Positions 1-9,865 of a DNA stretch of 64,000 nt are shown here, in pieces. Location of the stretch: NCBI GenBank assembly GCA_014804365.1, contig JAAUZX010000045.1, positions 2,458-66,457 on the forward strand, given 5' to 3'. The position numbers and the translations under genes were made by a program. The stretch's first letter is position 1; the number at the start of each line of letters is the position of its first letter. The notes under the pieces are model-generated. The model had not been told where the DNA came from. It saw only the letters and a list, made by a program, of their open reading frames with translations, and did not search any database. Source of the DNA: Lachnospiraceae bacterium (GTDB lineage: Bacteria; Bacillota; Clostridia; Lachnospirales; Lachnospiraceae).

Positions 1-1
1 C

Positions 2-436
2 GGATTGGATGTTGTTACGAAAAGAAAATTAAGAGAATGCATCAAAGAAATTAATCAGGATAAGAAGACCACCATCATTTTGACTACCCATGACATGAAT
101 GATATAGAAGCTGTCTGCAGCCGCCTAATCTTGATTGACAAAGGCAAAAAGTTATTTGATGGAAACATGGATATGTTTCGGGAGACTTATGCGGCAGGGC
201 TTGAATTTGTACTCGAATTTTCAGATATCTGTCCTGCATGGACAGATATGGAAGGATTCCGGCTGGCAGGCGTAGAGGAGCTTAAGTGGAAGATCGTCTA
301 TAAGGGTGACGTGAAGGAATCAAGTGTATTATGCACACGATTGATTGAGAAGTATCATCCGGTCAATATATGGGTAGGCGTTCCGTCAATTGAGAATATT
401 GTGGCAGATTATTATAGCAAGCCTTCCATTGTGTAG
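2..436 (+). CDS. ABC transporter ATP-binding protein, 3' part (runs off the left edge)
   Basis: GLDVVTK (D-loop end) and IILTTHDMNDIEAVCSRLILIDKGK (H-loop) of ABC-2/drug-export type ATPases. Confidence 0.85.
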   Translation, partial: GLDVVTKRKLRECIKEINQDKKTTIILTTHDMNDIEAVCSRLILIDKGKKLFDGNMDMFRETYAAGLEFVLEFSDICPAWTDMEGFRLAGVEELKWKIVYKGDVKESSVLCTRLIEKYHPVNIWVGVPSIENIVADYYSKPSIV

Positions 437-580
437 GGTGAGAAATCGGATAAAGTATATATAGGTGTGCATGGAAAATTGTCTTCTAAAGAATATGCAG
501 AAGGAGTAGCCGGAATTGCGGAAAAGGGCATCGGAAGTCTGTACAATAGTTGTGTATCGGCATAAAATTGTGTTACAATA

Positions 581-669
581 AGACATGAAGTTATACTAAG
601 ACGTCAAAGGACGCCGCCTAAGTATAACTAAGTCATGTCTGGGAGAATGCGAAAAAGCGTGCATTCTCC
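581..669. repeat. Dispersed palindromic element, family A copy 1 (long hairpin plus second hairpin)
   Basis: AGACATGA-AGTTATAC...GTATAACT-AAG-TCATGTCT followed by GGAGAATGC...GCATTCTCC; homologous to 27305-27395. Confidence 0.85.
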
Positions 670-751
670 GTGGCTATGAGAATAATTCCGGGTTAATCAG
701 GTTCGAAGCTGTGAGAGGAGAAGGTACAGCAGTAATAGGGGGAAGAATAAA

Positions 752-2233
752 ATGAAGATTGCGGTACTACTTGGGGGAATCGGCTACGATTCCCAAAAGA
801 GAACGGTTAGCGGCATATTGGACAGAGCGATTTTGGACAGGACAAATGTCTATATTTTTACGTGCGACGGATGGAAATATGAGGTCCCGGCCAAATATGA
901 AAGAGGGGAATACAATATTTATAATCTGCCGGATTTCACGCAATATGACGGTGTGATCCTGAACACGGATACGATTCGTGAGCCGGATATTATGCAGGCG
1001 ATCGCAGACAGGATCGGTGAAGCAGGAATCCCCTGCATTGATTTAAACATCAATACTCCGTGGTTTATGCATGTTGAGATGGAGAACAGAAATGGTGTGG
1101 AGGAGATTATCAGGCATCTTATCACGCAGCATAATGCCGCAAACATTTTCTTTATTTCGGGTCCGGAGGACAGTCATGATGCCAATCTAAGACTGCAGGC
1201 TTATAAAGATACGATGGCGGCAAATGATAGAGAATGGGATCAGGAGCATATTTATTACGGGAATTACAGTTATGAGAGCGGACAAAGGGCAGTCAGGAGA
1301 TTTCTGGATGAAGCCGGCGTGAAACCGGATGCAATTGTTGCGGCCAATGATGAGATGGCGGTAGGCGCAATACTGGCCTTGAAGGAAGCGGGGTACCGGG
1401 TGCCGGAAGACGTGATGGTGACGGGCTATGATGACAGTGATATTGCGGCATACAGCTATCCGCGGCTGACCACTGTGAGAAGGGGCGAGTATGAAGCGGG
1501 ACAGATCGCTTACGATAAAATTGCCGCAGCAATTCGGGGAGAAGAGGTGGAGGATAATACCATCATTCAGGGGCATGCAATGTTTGCCGAATCCTGCGGA
1601 TGTGCTGTCCGGAGAGATGCGGGTGCCGCGCAGATGCGGGAAGACTATATGGAGCAGCATGTCAAGGCTTATCGGGAGATGGAAATCCTTAAGAACTCTT
1701 CAGTGGAATTTACCGGATTGGTTGATATTGATGATCTTTTGGAGAGTCTGGAGCAGTACATACGCGGTATCGGTATAGAATACTTTTATTTATGCACCTG
1801 CGGCAGTCTGGATAATTATTACAGGGAACTGGAAAGAATTGCGGACGGAGAAGATCGCGGCAGGGATGCTTCGGTCTATAGCGATGAAATATGGGTGCCG
1901 TTTGCATATGAAAGAGGGGAGGTCAACAGTTACGGAGCGTTTCATAAGAGTATGCTCCTGCCGGAGGAGTGCGAAATGAGGCGTGCGGGTGCGTTCTATA
2001 TTATTATGCCGATCCATTTTCAGGATCATTGTTATGGCTATTGTGTGGTGAGGGATTACCGGCCGGCGATTGAAGGGCGGTTTTATCAGAATTTTATATT
2101 GAATCTGGACAATGCAATGGAGATGATTCGCAAACAGGATATGATGAAAGCCATGCTTCAGAGATTGAATAAAAAGCTGGGTGAGGGGCCGGAGAAGGAC
2201 GCGGCGCCGGATTCGCAGGAATTAAACAACTGA
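752..2233 (+). CDS. LacI/periplasmic-binding-fold sensor protein lacking an HTH and an output domain
   Basis: PDAIVAANDEMAVGA and VPEDVMVTGYDD..YPRLTTV motifs of the LacI sugar-binding fold; ESCGC motif; RBS GGGGGAAG. Confidence 0.8.
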   Translation: MKIAVLLGGIGYDSQKRTVSGILDRAILDRTNVYIFTCDGWKYEVPAKYERGEYNIYNLPDFTQYDGVILNTDTIREPDIMQAIADRIGEAGIPCIDLNINTPWFMHVEMENRNGVEEIIRHLITQHNAANIFFISGPEDSHDANLRLQAYKDTMAANDREWDQEHIYYGNYSYESGQRAVRRFLDEAGVKPDAIVAANDEMAVGAILALKEAGYRVPEDVMVTGYDDSDIAAYSYPRLTTVRRGEYEAGQIAYDKIAAAIRGEEVEDNTIIQGHAMFAESCGCAVRRDAGAAQMREDYMEQHVKAYREMEILKNSSVEFTGLVDIDDLLESLEQYIRGIGIEYFYLCTCGSLDNYYRELERIADGEDRGRDASVYSDEIWVPFAYERGEVNSYGAFHKSMLLPEECEMRRAGAFYIIMPIHFQDHCYGYCVVRDYRPAIEGRFYQNFILNLDNAMEMIRKQDMMKAMLQRLNKKLGEGPEKDAAPDSQELNN

Positions 2234-2246
2234 CCGCAGGAATTTA

Positions 2247-2275
2247 TTGACTTTTCCCTTGAGATTTCATAGAAT
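2247..2275 (+). promoter_or_regulatory. sigma-A type promoter for trpB2
   Basis: TTGACT-17 nt-TAGAAT. Confidence 0.6.
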
Positions 2276-2334
2276 TTTGAGTAGGCGCTTATCGTATGCG
2301 CGAAGTATCACCGAAATCAGAAGGGAGTAAGACA

Positions 2335-3720
2335 ATGTCAGAGAAAACAATACCATATAAAATCTATTTGGAAGAGGATGAGATGCCGAAGCAGTGGTAC
2401 AATGTCCGCGCCGATATGAAAAATAAGCCGGCACCGCTGCTGAATCCGGGAACCCTGCAGCCTATGACTTTCGAGGAACTGCAGGGTGTATTCTGTGATG
2501 AACTGGTAAAACAGGAATTAAACGACACGGATGCTTATATCGACATTCCTCAGGAAATTCTGGATTTCTACAAGATGTACCGTCCATCACCGCTTGTACG
2601 GGCATACTGTCTGGAGAAAAAGCTGGATACCCCGGCGAAAATCTACTATAAATTTGAGGGAAATAATACGAGCGGCAGCCATAAGCTCAATTCCGCCATT
2701 GCACAGGCATATTATGCGAAACAGCAAGGGCTTAAGGGTGTTACCACGGAGACCGGTGCGGGACAGTGGGGAACGGCGCTTTCCATGGCATGTTCCTACT
2801 TTGACTTGGACTGCCATGTCTATATGGTTAAGGTTTCCTATGAGCAGAAGCCTTTCCGGCGTGAAGTGATGCGTACTTACGGTGCGCAGGTGACACCGTC
2901 GCCTTCTGATACGACAAGTGTGGGCAGAAAGATTCTGGAGGAGTTCCCGGGTACCACGGGAAGTCTCGGCTGCGCCATATCTGAGGCAGTGGAGGCTGCT
3001 ACCGGTAAGGAAGGGTATCGCTATGTATTGGGAAGCGTTTTGTCACAGGTATTGCTTCATCAGTCGATCATCGGTGAGGAGACAAAGGCAGCGCTTAAAA
3101 AATATGACATTAAGCCGGATATGATCATCGGCTGTGCGGGCGGCGGTTCTAATCTGGGCGGTTTGATCTCTCCTTTTGTAGGAGAAAAGCTGCGAGGGGA
3201 GGCGGACTATCGGATCATCGCGGTAGAGCCGGCATCCTGTCCGAGTCTGACGAGAGGAAAATATGTATATGATTTCTGTGATACAGGCAAGGTATGTCCG
3301 CTGGCTAAGATGTACACGCTGGGCAGCAGTTTTATACCGGCGCCCAATCATGCCGGAGGGCTTCGTTATCACGGCATGAGTTCGGTGGTATCGCAGCTGT
3401 ATCATGACGGGTTGATCGAGGCCACCAGTGTGGAGCAGACCGCGGTATTCCAGGCGGCGGAGCAGTTCGCCAGAGTGGAGGGTATCCTTCCGGCACCTGA
3501 GAGCGCGCATGCGATCAGAGTAGCGATCAACGAGGCTATGAAATGTAAAGAAACGGGAGAAGAGAAGACGATCGTGTTCGGACTGACTGGTACCGGTTAT
3601 TTCGATATGGTGGCTTACGGTAAGTTCCATGACGGAGAAATGTCCGACTATATTCCTTCGGATGAAGATCTTGCAAGAGGATTTGCAGGCATACCTTCTT
3701 TTCCCGGCAATGAAATATAA
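2335..3720 (+). CDS. trpB2: TrpB-like PLP-dependent enzyme (TrpB2)
   Basis: GSHKLNSA PLP lysine motif, TETGAGQWG, GGGSN, HAGGLRYHG, PAPESAHA; TrpB2-type N-terminus; RBS AGGGAG before ATG 2335. Confidence 0.92.
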   Translation: MSEKTIPYKIYLEEDEMPKQWYNVRADMKNKPAPLLNPGTLQPMTFEELQGVFCDELVKQELNDTDAYIDIPQEILDFYKMYRPSPLVRAYCLEKKLDTPAKIYYKFEGNNTSGSHKLNSAIAQAYYAKQQGLKGVTTETGAGQWGTALSMACSYFDLDCHVYMVKVSYEQKPFRREVMRTYGAQVTPSPSDTTSVGRKILEEFPGTTGSLGCAISEAVEAATGKEGYRYVLGSVLSQVLLHQSIIGEETKAALKKYDIKPDMIIGCAGGGSNLGGLISPFVGEKLRGEADYRIIAVEPASCPSLTRGKYVYDFCDTGKVCPLAKMYTLGSSFIPAPNHAGGLRYHGMSSVVSQLYHDGLIEATSVEQTAVFQAAEQFARVEGILPAPESAHAIRVAINEAMKCKETGEEKTIVFGLTGTGYFDMVAYGKFHDGEMSDYIPSDEDLARGFAGIPSFPGNEI

Positions 3721-3735
3721 GCGGGAGGACACTCT

Positions 3736-5802
3736 ATGAGCAGCGTGAAGGAGAAGCGCTTTAAGAAGTTGAAGAGGAAACAAATCTGGCCGTCGATTGT
3801 GGCGTTTGTTTTGTTTATTACTTTGTGCGTAGCCATGATTGCCGTTTTTCTGCAATTGTTTGCACTGTACATCATGGGAACGAAGATCGCGCAGCAGTAT
3901 GGGGAGACGCAGCATGTCAAGGCGGTTCTGGATGGATTCCTTTCAAACGGGGATACGATCGCAGAAGCGGTAGATAATATGCATAAATACACATATACCG
4001 ACAGGGATGTCTATGTGATTGACCGGTCGCGCCATGTGGTGGCCAAAACCGGGTTTTCCGAACCGGATTTCGGCATGATTCTTGATTTTAAATTAGATCA
4101 GGAGTTCGGGCTGGGCGAAAGCTTTATGGCAGTGGCGGACAATAGTAACCAGATCGTGGAGAAAGAGGGAACATACACGATTTTTACCATGTCGGTGGAC
4201 GAGGTGATCCGGAAGACTTTTGCAAGAGATGAAGTTCAGCGTGAGCCGGGGGCGTGGCTTGGCGATACGATTATCACGCAGAAATACTGGCTGCGTACAT
4301 CGCTTGGCGGCGGTCAATATGAAGCTTATGTCAAATGTGTCATAGAGGTTCAGAGACAGGATATCTTCTATATATGTATCTTTGGTATCATCGCGCTGCT
4401 CCTTTTGATGATTCCGATTATACTGCTCTTTATCAATACGGTCCGTTCCATCGTGACACAGCGGAGAATGACCCAGTTTATTTATCTGGATCCGGTGACC
4501 GGAGGCAGGAACTGGTTCTTCTTTCGGAATTATGCGGAACGGATTCTGACCAGACTTCGCAACAGCAGGAAGGCTTTTGCGCTTGTGAACCTGCAGTTGG
4601 AACGATATCAGAATTATTGTGCCTGCTACGGTGTGAAAGCAGGTGAGGAACTGTTAGAAGCGATGGAAGGTTTTATGAGGGCGAGAATCGGTAAGAATGA
4701 GTCTTTTGCAAGGCATGAAGGCGCCGATTTTGGTCTGCTGCTTGTCTGCGAGGGCGAGAATGAGCAGGAGTATCAGGAGAACTGCAGGAAGCGTATCCGC
4801 TCACTGGTAGCGGAACTGACGGGGCTTAAGCCGGATCAGAAGATTCATTTTCATGCCGGAATCAATATGATTCCGCCGTACATAGCTGAGGACGGCAAGT
4901 GGTATCATGCCAGAAAGGGTGTGGATATTAATCAGCTCTATACTTATGCCAATGCGGCGGGAATGACGGCGGACTGCCTGCAGGATCAGACAGTCACGTT
5001 CTTTGATCAGGAGATGTTAGGCAGACAGGTATGGGAGCGCTGGGTGGAAGACAATATGGAAGAAGCGCTCAATAATGAGGAATTCCAGGTATATATGCAG
5101 CCGAAATACAGCCCGCTCAACGGTAAGTTAGTGGGCGCCGAGGCACTGGTGCGTTGGATCAGCCCCACGGAAGGATTTATAGCGCCGGACAGATTTATCC
5201 CGATCTTCGAGGATACCGGATTTATAACACAGTTAGATGATTATATGATATCCCGGGTCTCTAAGCTGCAGGCGGAGTGGATGATTCAGGGGAAGAAGCT
5301 GATACCGGTTTCCGTCAATGTGTCGAGAGCGCATTTTGCGCAGGAAGGGCTGGCGGAGCATATCTGTGAGCTGGTGGATGCATATGGACCGCGGCATGAT
5401 CTGATCGAGCTGGAGGTGACAGAGAGCGCTTTCTTCGATGATAAAGATATTCTGGTAGAGACCGTAAAACAATTGAAAGCCTATGGATTCCACGTATCGA
5501 TGGACGATTTCGGAGCCGGATACTCTTCGCTTAATTCCCTGAAGGATATACCGCTTGATGTACTCAAACTGGACGGCGAGTTCTTCCGCGGAGAGGATGA
5601 TGACGGAAGGGGAGAGATTGTTGTCAAGGAAGCGATTCAGCTTGCCAGAAATCTTGATATGCGTGTGGTGGCGGAAGGAATTGAAAGGAAAGAACAGGTA
5701 GATTTCCTCGCGGGACAGGGATGCGATATGATACAAGGCTTTTATTTTGCAAAACCTATGCCGGTTGCGGAGTTTGAAGAAAAAGTGGAGAAGGACGCAT
5801 AA
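3736..5802 (+). CDS. Membrane-anchored degenerate-GGDEF/EAL c-di-GMP phosphodiesterase
   Basis: Two TM segments; DPVTG..N; GGDEF position reads EGADF; intact AEALVRW, DDFGAGYSSL and EGIE motifs. Confidence 0.9.
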   Translation: MSSVKEKRFKKLKRKQIWPSIVAFVLFITLCVAMIAVFLQLFALYIMGTKIAQQYGETQHVKAVLDGFLSNGDTIAEAVDNMHKYTYTDRDVYVIDRSRHVVAKTGFSEPDFGMILDFKLDQEFGLGESFMAVADNSNQIVEKEGTYTIFTMSVDEVIRKTFARDEVQREPGAWLGDTIITQKYWLRTSLGGGQYEAYVKCVIEVQRQDIFYICIFGIIALLLLMIPIILLFINTVRSIVTQRRMTQFIYLDPVTGGRNWFFFRNYAERILTRLRNSRKAFALVNLQLERYQNYCACYGVKAGEELLEAMEGFMRARIGKNESFARHEGADFGLLLVCEGENEQEYQENCRKRIRSLVAELTGLKPDQKIHFHAGINMIPPYIAEDGKWYHARKGVDINQLYTYANAAGMTADCLQDQTVTFFDQEMLGRQVWERWVEDNMEEALNNEEFQVYMQPKYSPLNGKLVGAEALVRWISPTEGFIAPDRFIPIFEDTGFITQLDDYMISRVSKLQAEWMIQGKKLIPVSVNVSRAHFAQEGLAEHICELVDAYGPRHDLIELEVTESAFFDDKDILVETVKQLKAYGFHVSMDDFGAGYSSLNSLKDIPLDVLKLDGEFFRGEDDDGRGEIVVKEAIQLARNLDMRVVAEGIERKEQVDFLAGQGCDMIQGFYFAKPMPVAEFEEKVEKDA

Positions 5803-8800
5803 TGTATATCTTTTTTATTATTTTACAAGTGCTGGGAATTATCGTGCTGTTTGCCGAGGCGCTTTATCTTGTGAATCAGCGGACATCGCGTCAGCAGATC
5901 AGGATGCTTCTGCTTATGATTGCGCTGTTAGTCAACTTTGTGGGCTATCTGTTCGAGATGCAGGCGGGTACGAAAGAACAGGCGCTACAGGCGCTTAAGT
6001 TCTCATATCTCGGGAAACCGATCATTGTGCTGACAATGTTTCTGTTTATCATGGATTACTGTAAAGTCAGAATGCCCGGCTGGCTGCCGTCTGTTTTATC
6101 CTGTTTTCATATCGGGGTAATTGGGCTGGTTATGGCATGTGAGAAACACAGTCTGTTTTTCAGCAGTATCGGGTACACGACGGCGGGAGTTTTTCCGCAT
6201 TTGGTATTAACATATGGTCCGGTGTATCGGGTCTACCATATAGTACTCATAGGTTATGTTGTAGCGATGGCAGTCGCCTGTGCGCGTAAGTACGTCCACA
6301 TGATCAACGAAGGCGAGCGTAAGAGGATTCTCGCGTTCGTTTCAATCCTTGTGATCATGAGTGCGGGATGGGCCGGATATATGTTTAACTGGTTCGGCGG
6401 GTACGATTCCACGCTGGTGGCTTATCTGGTGTCCGTGATCATACTTTCCGTATACTTGCACAAGGATAAGATATTGGAGACGCTTTCTATGGCGCAGGAT
6501 CAGGCCATTGACGAACTGTCCTCCGGTCTGGTGGTGCTGGATCCTGACAATACTGTCATTTATCATAATAAGAAGGCGAGGGAGTTGTATCCCTTTGATG
6601 ATGTCAACGCGCTGCCGACAGTTATTGAGGAACTGGATAATTGCATTATTGAGAAAAAAGACATTGAACGTGACAACAGAGTGTACAATGTGGGCAGCCG
6701 CCTGTTGACCAAGCAGAATGTTTATTTCGGCAAAATGTATGTGTTCAACGATATTACCGACAGTTTCCGCTATGCCAGAAATGCGCAGGAGCAGGCTGAA
6801 ATCATGAAGGGATTAAAAGAACGTGCAGAGGCGGCAAACCAGGCGAAATCAACTTTTGTCTCCAACATTACGCATGAGATCAGGACGCCTATGAATGCCA
6901 TTGTCGGTATGACGGAGATATTACTGCGGGAGAATCTGCCCGAGCAGGATAGGGGGTATCTTGTGAATATTAAGAATTCCGGGAATGCGCTTCTCAACAT
7001 TGTTAATGACATCTTAGATTTTTCCAAGATGGAGTCGGGTAAAATGGAACTGGTGGAAGAAGAATATGAACCGATGCAGATGTTCAGTGATCTGAGTATG
7101 ATCTTCCTGACACGTATCGGAGATAAGGATATGGAGATATTGTTTGATATCGATGAGAAACTGCCCCGGAAGCTGTACGGTGACGGGCTTCGGATCAGAC
7201 AGGTCATCATCAATATTGTCAACAACGCGATCAAATTTACGGAGAGAGGCTTTGTCAAGCTTCAGATGCGGGTGGGCAAAGTAAACGGAGATAACATAGA
7301 ACTGCTGGTATCCATACAGGATACGGGACAGGGAATCCGGGAGGAAGACCTGGATAAACTGTTTGGTTCCTTCCAGCAGGTAGACAGCAAGAAAAACCGT
7401 GGCAAAGAAGGCACAGGTCTGGGATTGTCCATCTCAAAACAGCTTGTGGAGATGATGGGCGGCAGCATAGGTGTGCGCAGTACATACGGAGAAGGCAGTG
7501 AGTTCTATTTCAACATCATACAGAAGACATGTACCGATCAGCTTGCAACTGAGATTCATGATGATGAAGCGAGGAAGAATCTGAAAATCGGCGGATATTT
7601 CAGTAAGGTGTATCTGTGGCGTGGATTGCAGGAGCTGGCGGAGAAGTTCGGGATATCGTGTATACCTTATGAAGAGTGGAAAGAGACGAGACAGCAGCTG
7701 GATTGTTTCTTTATGGACATGGCGGGCTATGATAAACTGGCGGGTGACATTGACAACTACAGTGCGCAGATGGGTGAGATGTATATGCTGCTCAATCCTT
7801 TGTTGGAGGAATGCAATGCAGCAGGCATTACGGTAATCAATAAGCCGCTCTACAGTCTGAATTTCTGTCAGACGATCAATCATGAGTCGCTGTATGTAGG
7901 GCCTGTGGTAGAAGAGTATATGAATTTCACGGCACCGGAGGCCTCCGTACTGATCGTGGATGACAATGAGATCAATCTTGAGGTGGCGGCAGGTCTTTTA
8001 GAACCGCTGAATATGCAGATCGACATGGCTGACAGTGGTAAACGTGCACTCCAGATGGCGGAGAAGAAGAAATATCATTTGATATTCATGGATCATATGA
8101 TGCCTGTCATGGACGGTATCGAGACCACGGAAAGACTACGTCAGATGGAAGATGAGTATTATCATACGGTGCCGATCATCGCTTTGACGGCGAATGCGCT
8201 GATGGATGCCCGTGAGAAATTTGCCAAGGCAGGCATGGATGACTTCGTGGCAAAGCCCATCGAGATGAAAGAGATATGTAAATGCATCAAGAAGTGGCTT
8301 CCTGACGAACTGATCGTTGTCAACACGGAGGCAGATACGAATGCAGAAAGAGTGCATGGTGCAGGAGCAAACGGCGTACAGGCAGCGAATGACGAAGTTA
8401 CCGGAGCAGCACAGGTGCAGAGTGCACCGCTGCCGGATCTTCCGGGCATCAATGCGGCGGACGGCGTTAAGTATTCCGGCAGCGAGAAGCTGTGGTATAA
8501 ACTGTTAGGCGATTTCTACAAGCTGATCGATGCTAAGGCCAATAAGATTGAGAAATGTCTCGCCGATAACCTGATCAGAGACTATACAATAGAAGTCCAT
8601 GCCCTCAAGAATACTGCCCGTATGGTGGGTGCGGCGCATCTGTCCGAGTGGTTCCATCGGATGGAGGACTGCGGCAATGCAGGCGATGTGGAGACGATCA
8701 CGGCTGAAACCCCGGGACTTCTGGAAGAACTGCGAAGCTTTAAAGAAATCCTGCGCCCTTACGGGGAGGCAGGCAACCAGAACAAGAAGGAAGTGCCCAC

Positions 8801-9017
8801 AGAAGAACTGATAGAGATCCTTGCGAATATGAGGGATTCCATGGATCAGTTTGACTTAGACGGCGTGGATGCGGCCATGCAGGAGTTAGAGAAATGCCGC
8901 ATACCCGATAGCTGCAGCCGGCAGATGGAGACGCTACGCGTGGCAGTTACGGATGTCATGATGGAAGAAGTCATGAATATGGCGGATGAGATGATTGGGG
9001 TGCTGCACGCGGAGTAG
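5802..9017 (+). CDS. Hybrid sensor histidine kinase (7TM-type N-terminus, HisKA, HATPase, REC, Hpt)
   Basis: HEIRTPMNA, NNAIKFT, DTGQGI, GTGLGLSI; receiver LIVDDN..FMDHMMP..KP; Hpt VHALK; TAATG overlap with the upstream gene. Confidence 0.92.
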   Translation: MYIFFIILQVLGIIVLFAEALYLVNQRTSRQQIRMLLLMIALLVNFVGYLFEMQAGTKEQALQALKFSYLGKPIIVLTMFLFIMDYCKVRMPGWLPSVLSCFHIGVIGLVMACEKHSLFFSSIGYTTAGVFPHLVLTYGPVYRVYHIVLIGYVVAMAVACARKYVHMINEGERKRILAFVSILVIMSAGWAGYMFNWFGGYDSTLVAYLVSVIILSVYLHKDKILETLSMAQDQAIDELSSGLVVLDPDNTVIYHNKKARELYPFDDVNALPTVIEELDNCIIEKKDIERDNRVYNVGSRLLTKQNVYFGKMYVFNDITDSFRYARNAQEQAEIMKGLKERAEAANQAKSTFVSNITHEIRTPMNAIVGMTEILLRENLPEQDRGYLVNIKNSGNALLNIVNDILDFSKMESGKMELVEEEYEPMQMFSDLSMIFLTRIGDKDMEILFDIDEKLPRKLYGDGLRIRQVIINIVNNAIKFTERGFVKLQMRVGKVNGDNIELLVSIQDTGQGIREEDLDKLFGSFQQVDSKKNRGKEGTGLGLSISKQLVEMMGGSIGVRSTYGEGSEFYFNIIQKTCTDQLATEIHDDEARKNLKIGGYFSKVYLWRGLQELAEKFGISCIPYEEWKETRQQLDCFFMDMAGYDKLAGDIDNYSAQMGEMYMLLNPLLEECNAAGITVINKPLYSLNFCQTINHESLYVGPVVEEYMNFTAPEASVLIVDDNEINLEVAAGLLEPLNMQIDMADSGKRALQMAEKKKYHLIFMDHMMPVMDGIETTERLRQMEDEYYHTVPIIALTANALMDAREKFAKAGMDDFVAKPIEMKEICKCIKKWLPDELIVVNTEADTNAERVHGAGANGVQAANDEVTGAAQVQSAPLPDLPGINAADGVKYSGSEKLWYKLLGDFYKLIDAKANKIEKCLADNLIRDYTIEVHALKNTARMVGAAHLSEWFHRMEDCGNAGDVETITAETPGLLEELRSFKEILRPYGEAGNQNKKEVPTEELIEILANMRDSMDQFDLDGVDAAMQELEKCRIPDSCSRQMETLRVAVTDVMMEEVMNMADEMIGVLHAE

Positions 9018-9038
9018 ACACCAAAAGTATGAAATCAG

Positions 9039-9067
9039 TTGTACTTCCCATAAATATTGCCTATAAT
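9039..9067 (+). promoter_or_regulatory. sigma-A type promoter for the Uma2 gene
   Basis: TTGTAC-17 nt-TATAAT. Confidence 0.55.
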
Positions 9068-9093
9068 ATTATGTAAGAGCGGAGGTGGATATT

Positions 9094-9627
9094 ATGGAAG
9101 CGTTAAATAAAGAAGAAATTTATACGATAGATGATATTTATGCCCTGCCGGATGGAGAACGGGCGGAATTAATCGACGGGAAAATTTATTATATGGCTCC
9201 GCCAAGTACAAAGCACCAAAGACTGCTTAATTATATCAACACAGAAATAAACTTATATATTCGGAATCATAATGGCGAATGCGAAGTTTTTCCGGCTCCG
9301 TTTGCAGTATTCCTAAACGAAAATGACACAAATTATGTAGAACCGGATATCAGCGTGATCTGTGATAGCAGCAAGCTTACCGACAAAGGCTGTAACGGTG
9401 CACCGGATTGGATCATAGAGATCGTTTCACCGGGCAGCAGGCAAATGGATTACTTTACTAAGCTGTTTAAATATCGTACCGCCGGTGTTAAGGAGTACTG
9501 GATCGTTGATCCGGAGAAGGATTCCGTCATGGTATATCGGTTTGAAGAAGAAACGATGGAGCAGTATGCTTTCGGAGATGATGTGCCGGTTGGGATTTAT
9601 GAGGGATTTTCTATTAATGTGCAGTGA
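9094..9627 (+). CDS. Uma2 (DUF820) family PD-(D/E)XK endonuclease-like protein
   Basis: ELIDG..MAPP..HQ, VEPDISV, APDWIIEIVSP, Y..AGVKEYWIVDP; RBS GGAGGT. Confidence 0.9.
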   Translation: MEALNKEEIYTIDDIYALPDGERAELIDGKIYYMAPPSTKHQRLLNYINTEINLYIRNHNGECEVFPAPFAVFLNENDTNYVEPDISVICDSSKLTDKGCNGAPDWIIEIVSPGSRQMDYFTKLFKYRTAGVKEYWIVDPEKDSVMVYRFEEETMEQYAFGDDVPVGIYEGFSINVQ

Positions 9628-9713
9628 AGAATAGAAATATTTTATTGGACACTGCAATAGGGTCTGATGCCGCTTGTAAATGGGATAAGACAATTTTAAG
9701 AAAATAATTGCAC

Positions 9714-9759
9714 AATAAAAACACCTGCCGGGAGTTGCTTTCCCGACAGGTATTTTATT
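9714..9759. terminator. Bidirectional intrinsic terminator between Uma2 and purC
   Basis: AATAAAAAC-ACCTGCCGGGA..TCCCGACAGGT-ATTTTATT hairpin with A/T tails between convergent genes. Confidence 0.7.
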
Positions 9760-9865
9760 ATACATTTCAAGATTGTCTATTCAAATCCGTAAAATAAAAT
9801 CTGCAAAACAAAATATGCAATCAGAAGTATTTGATTTGCCAGTTAGTGAAGTATCTCTACTTCTC

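Noticed and set aside
3043-3915. 290-aa antisense ORF over trpB2
   Set aside because: Shadow frame of a well-conserved gene; no recognisable motifs or RBS
9094-9627. Uma2 nuclease as a defence system or as the mobiliser of the repeats
   Set aside because: Solitary gene with no methylase or partner, and not flanked by the repeat elements; nothing in the sequence links them
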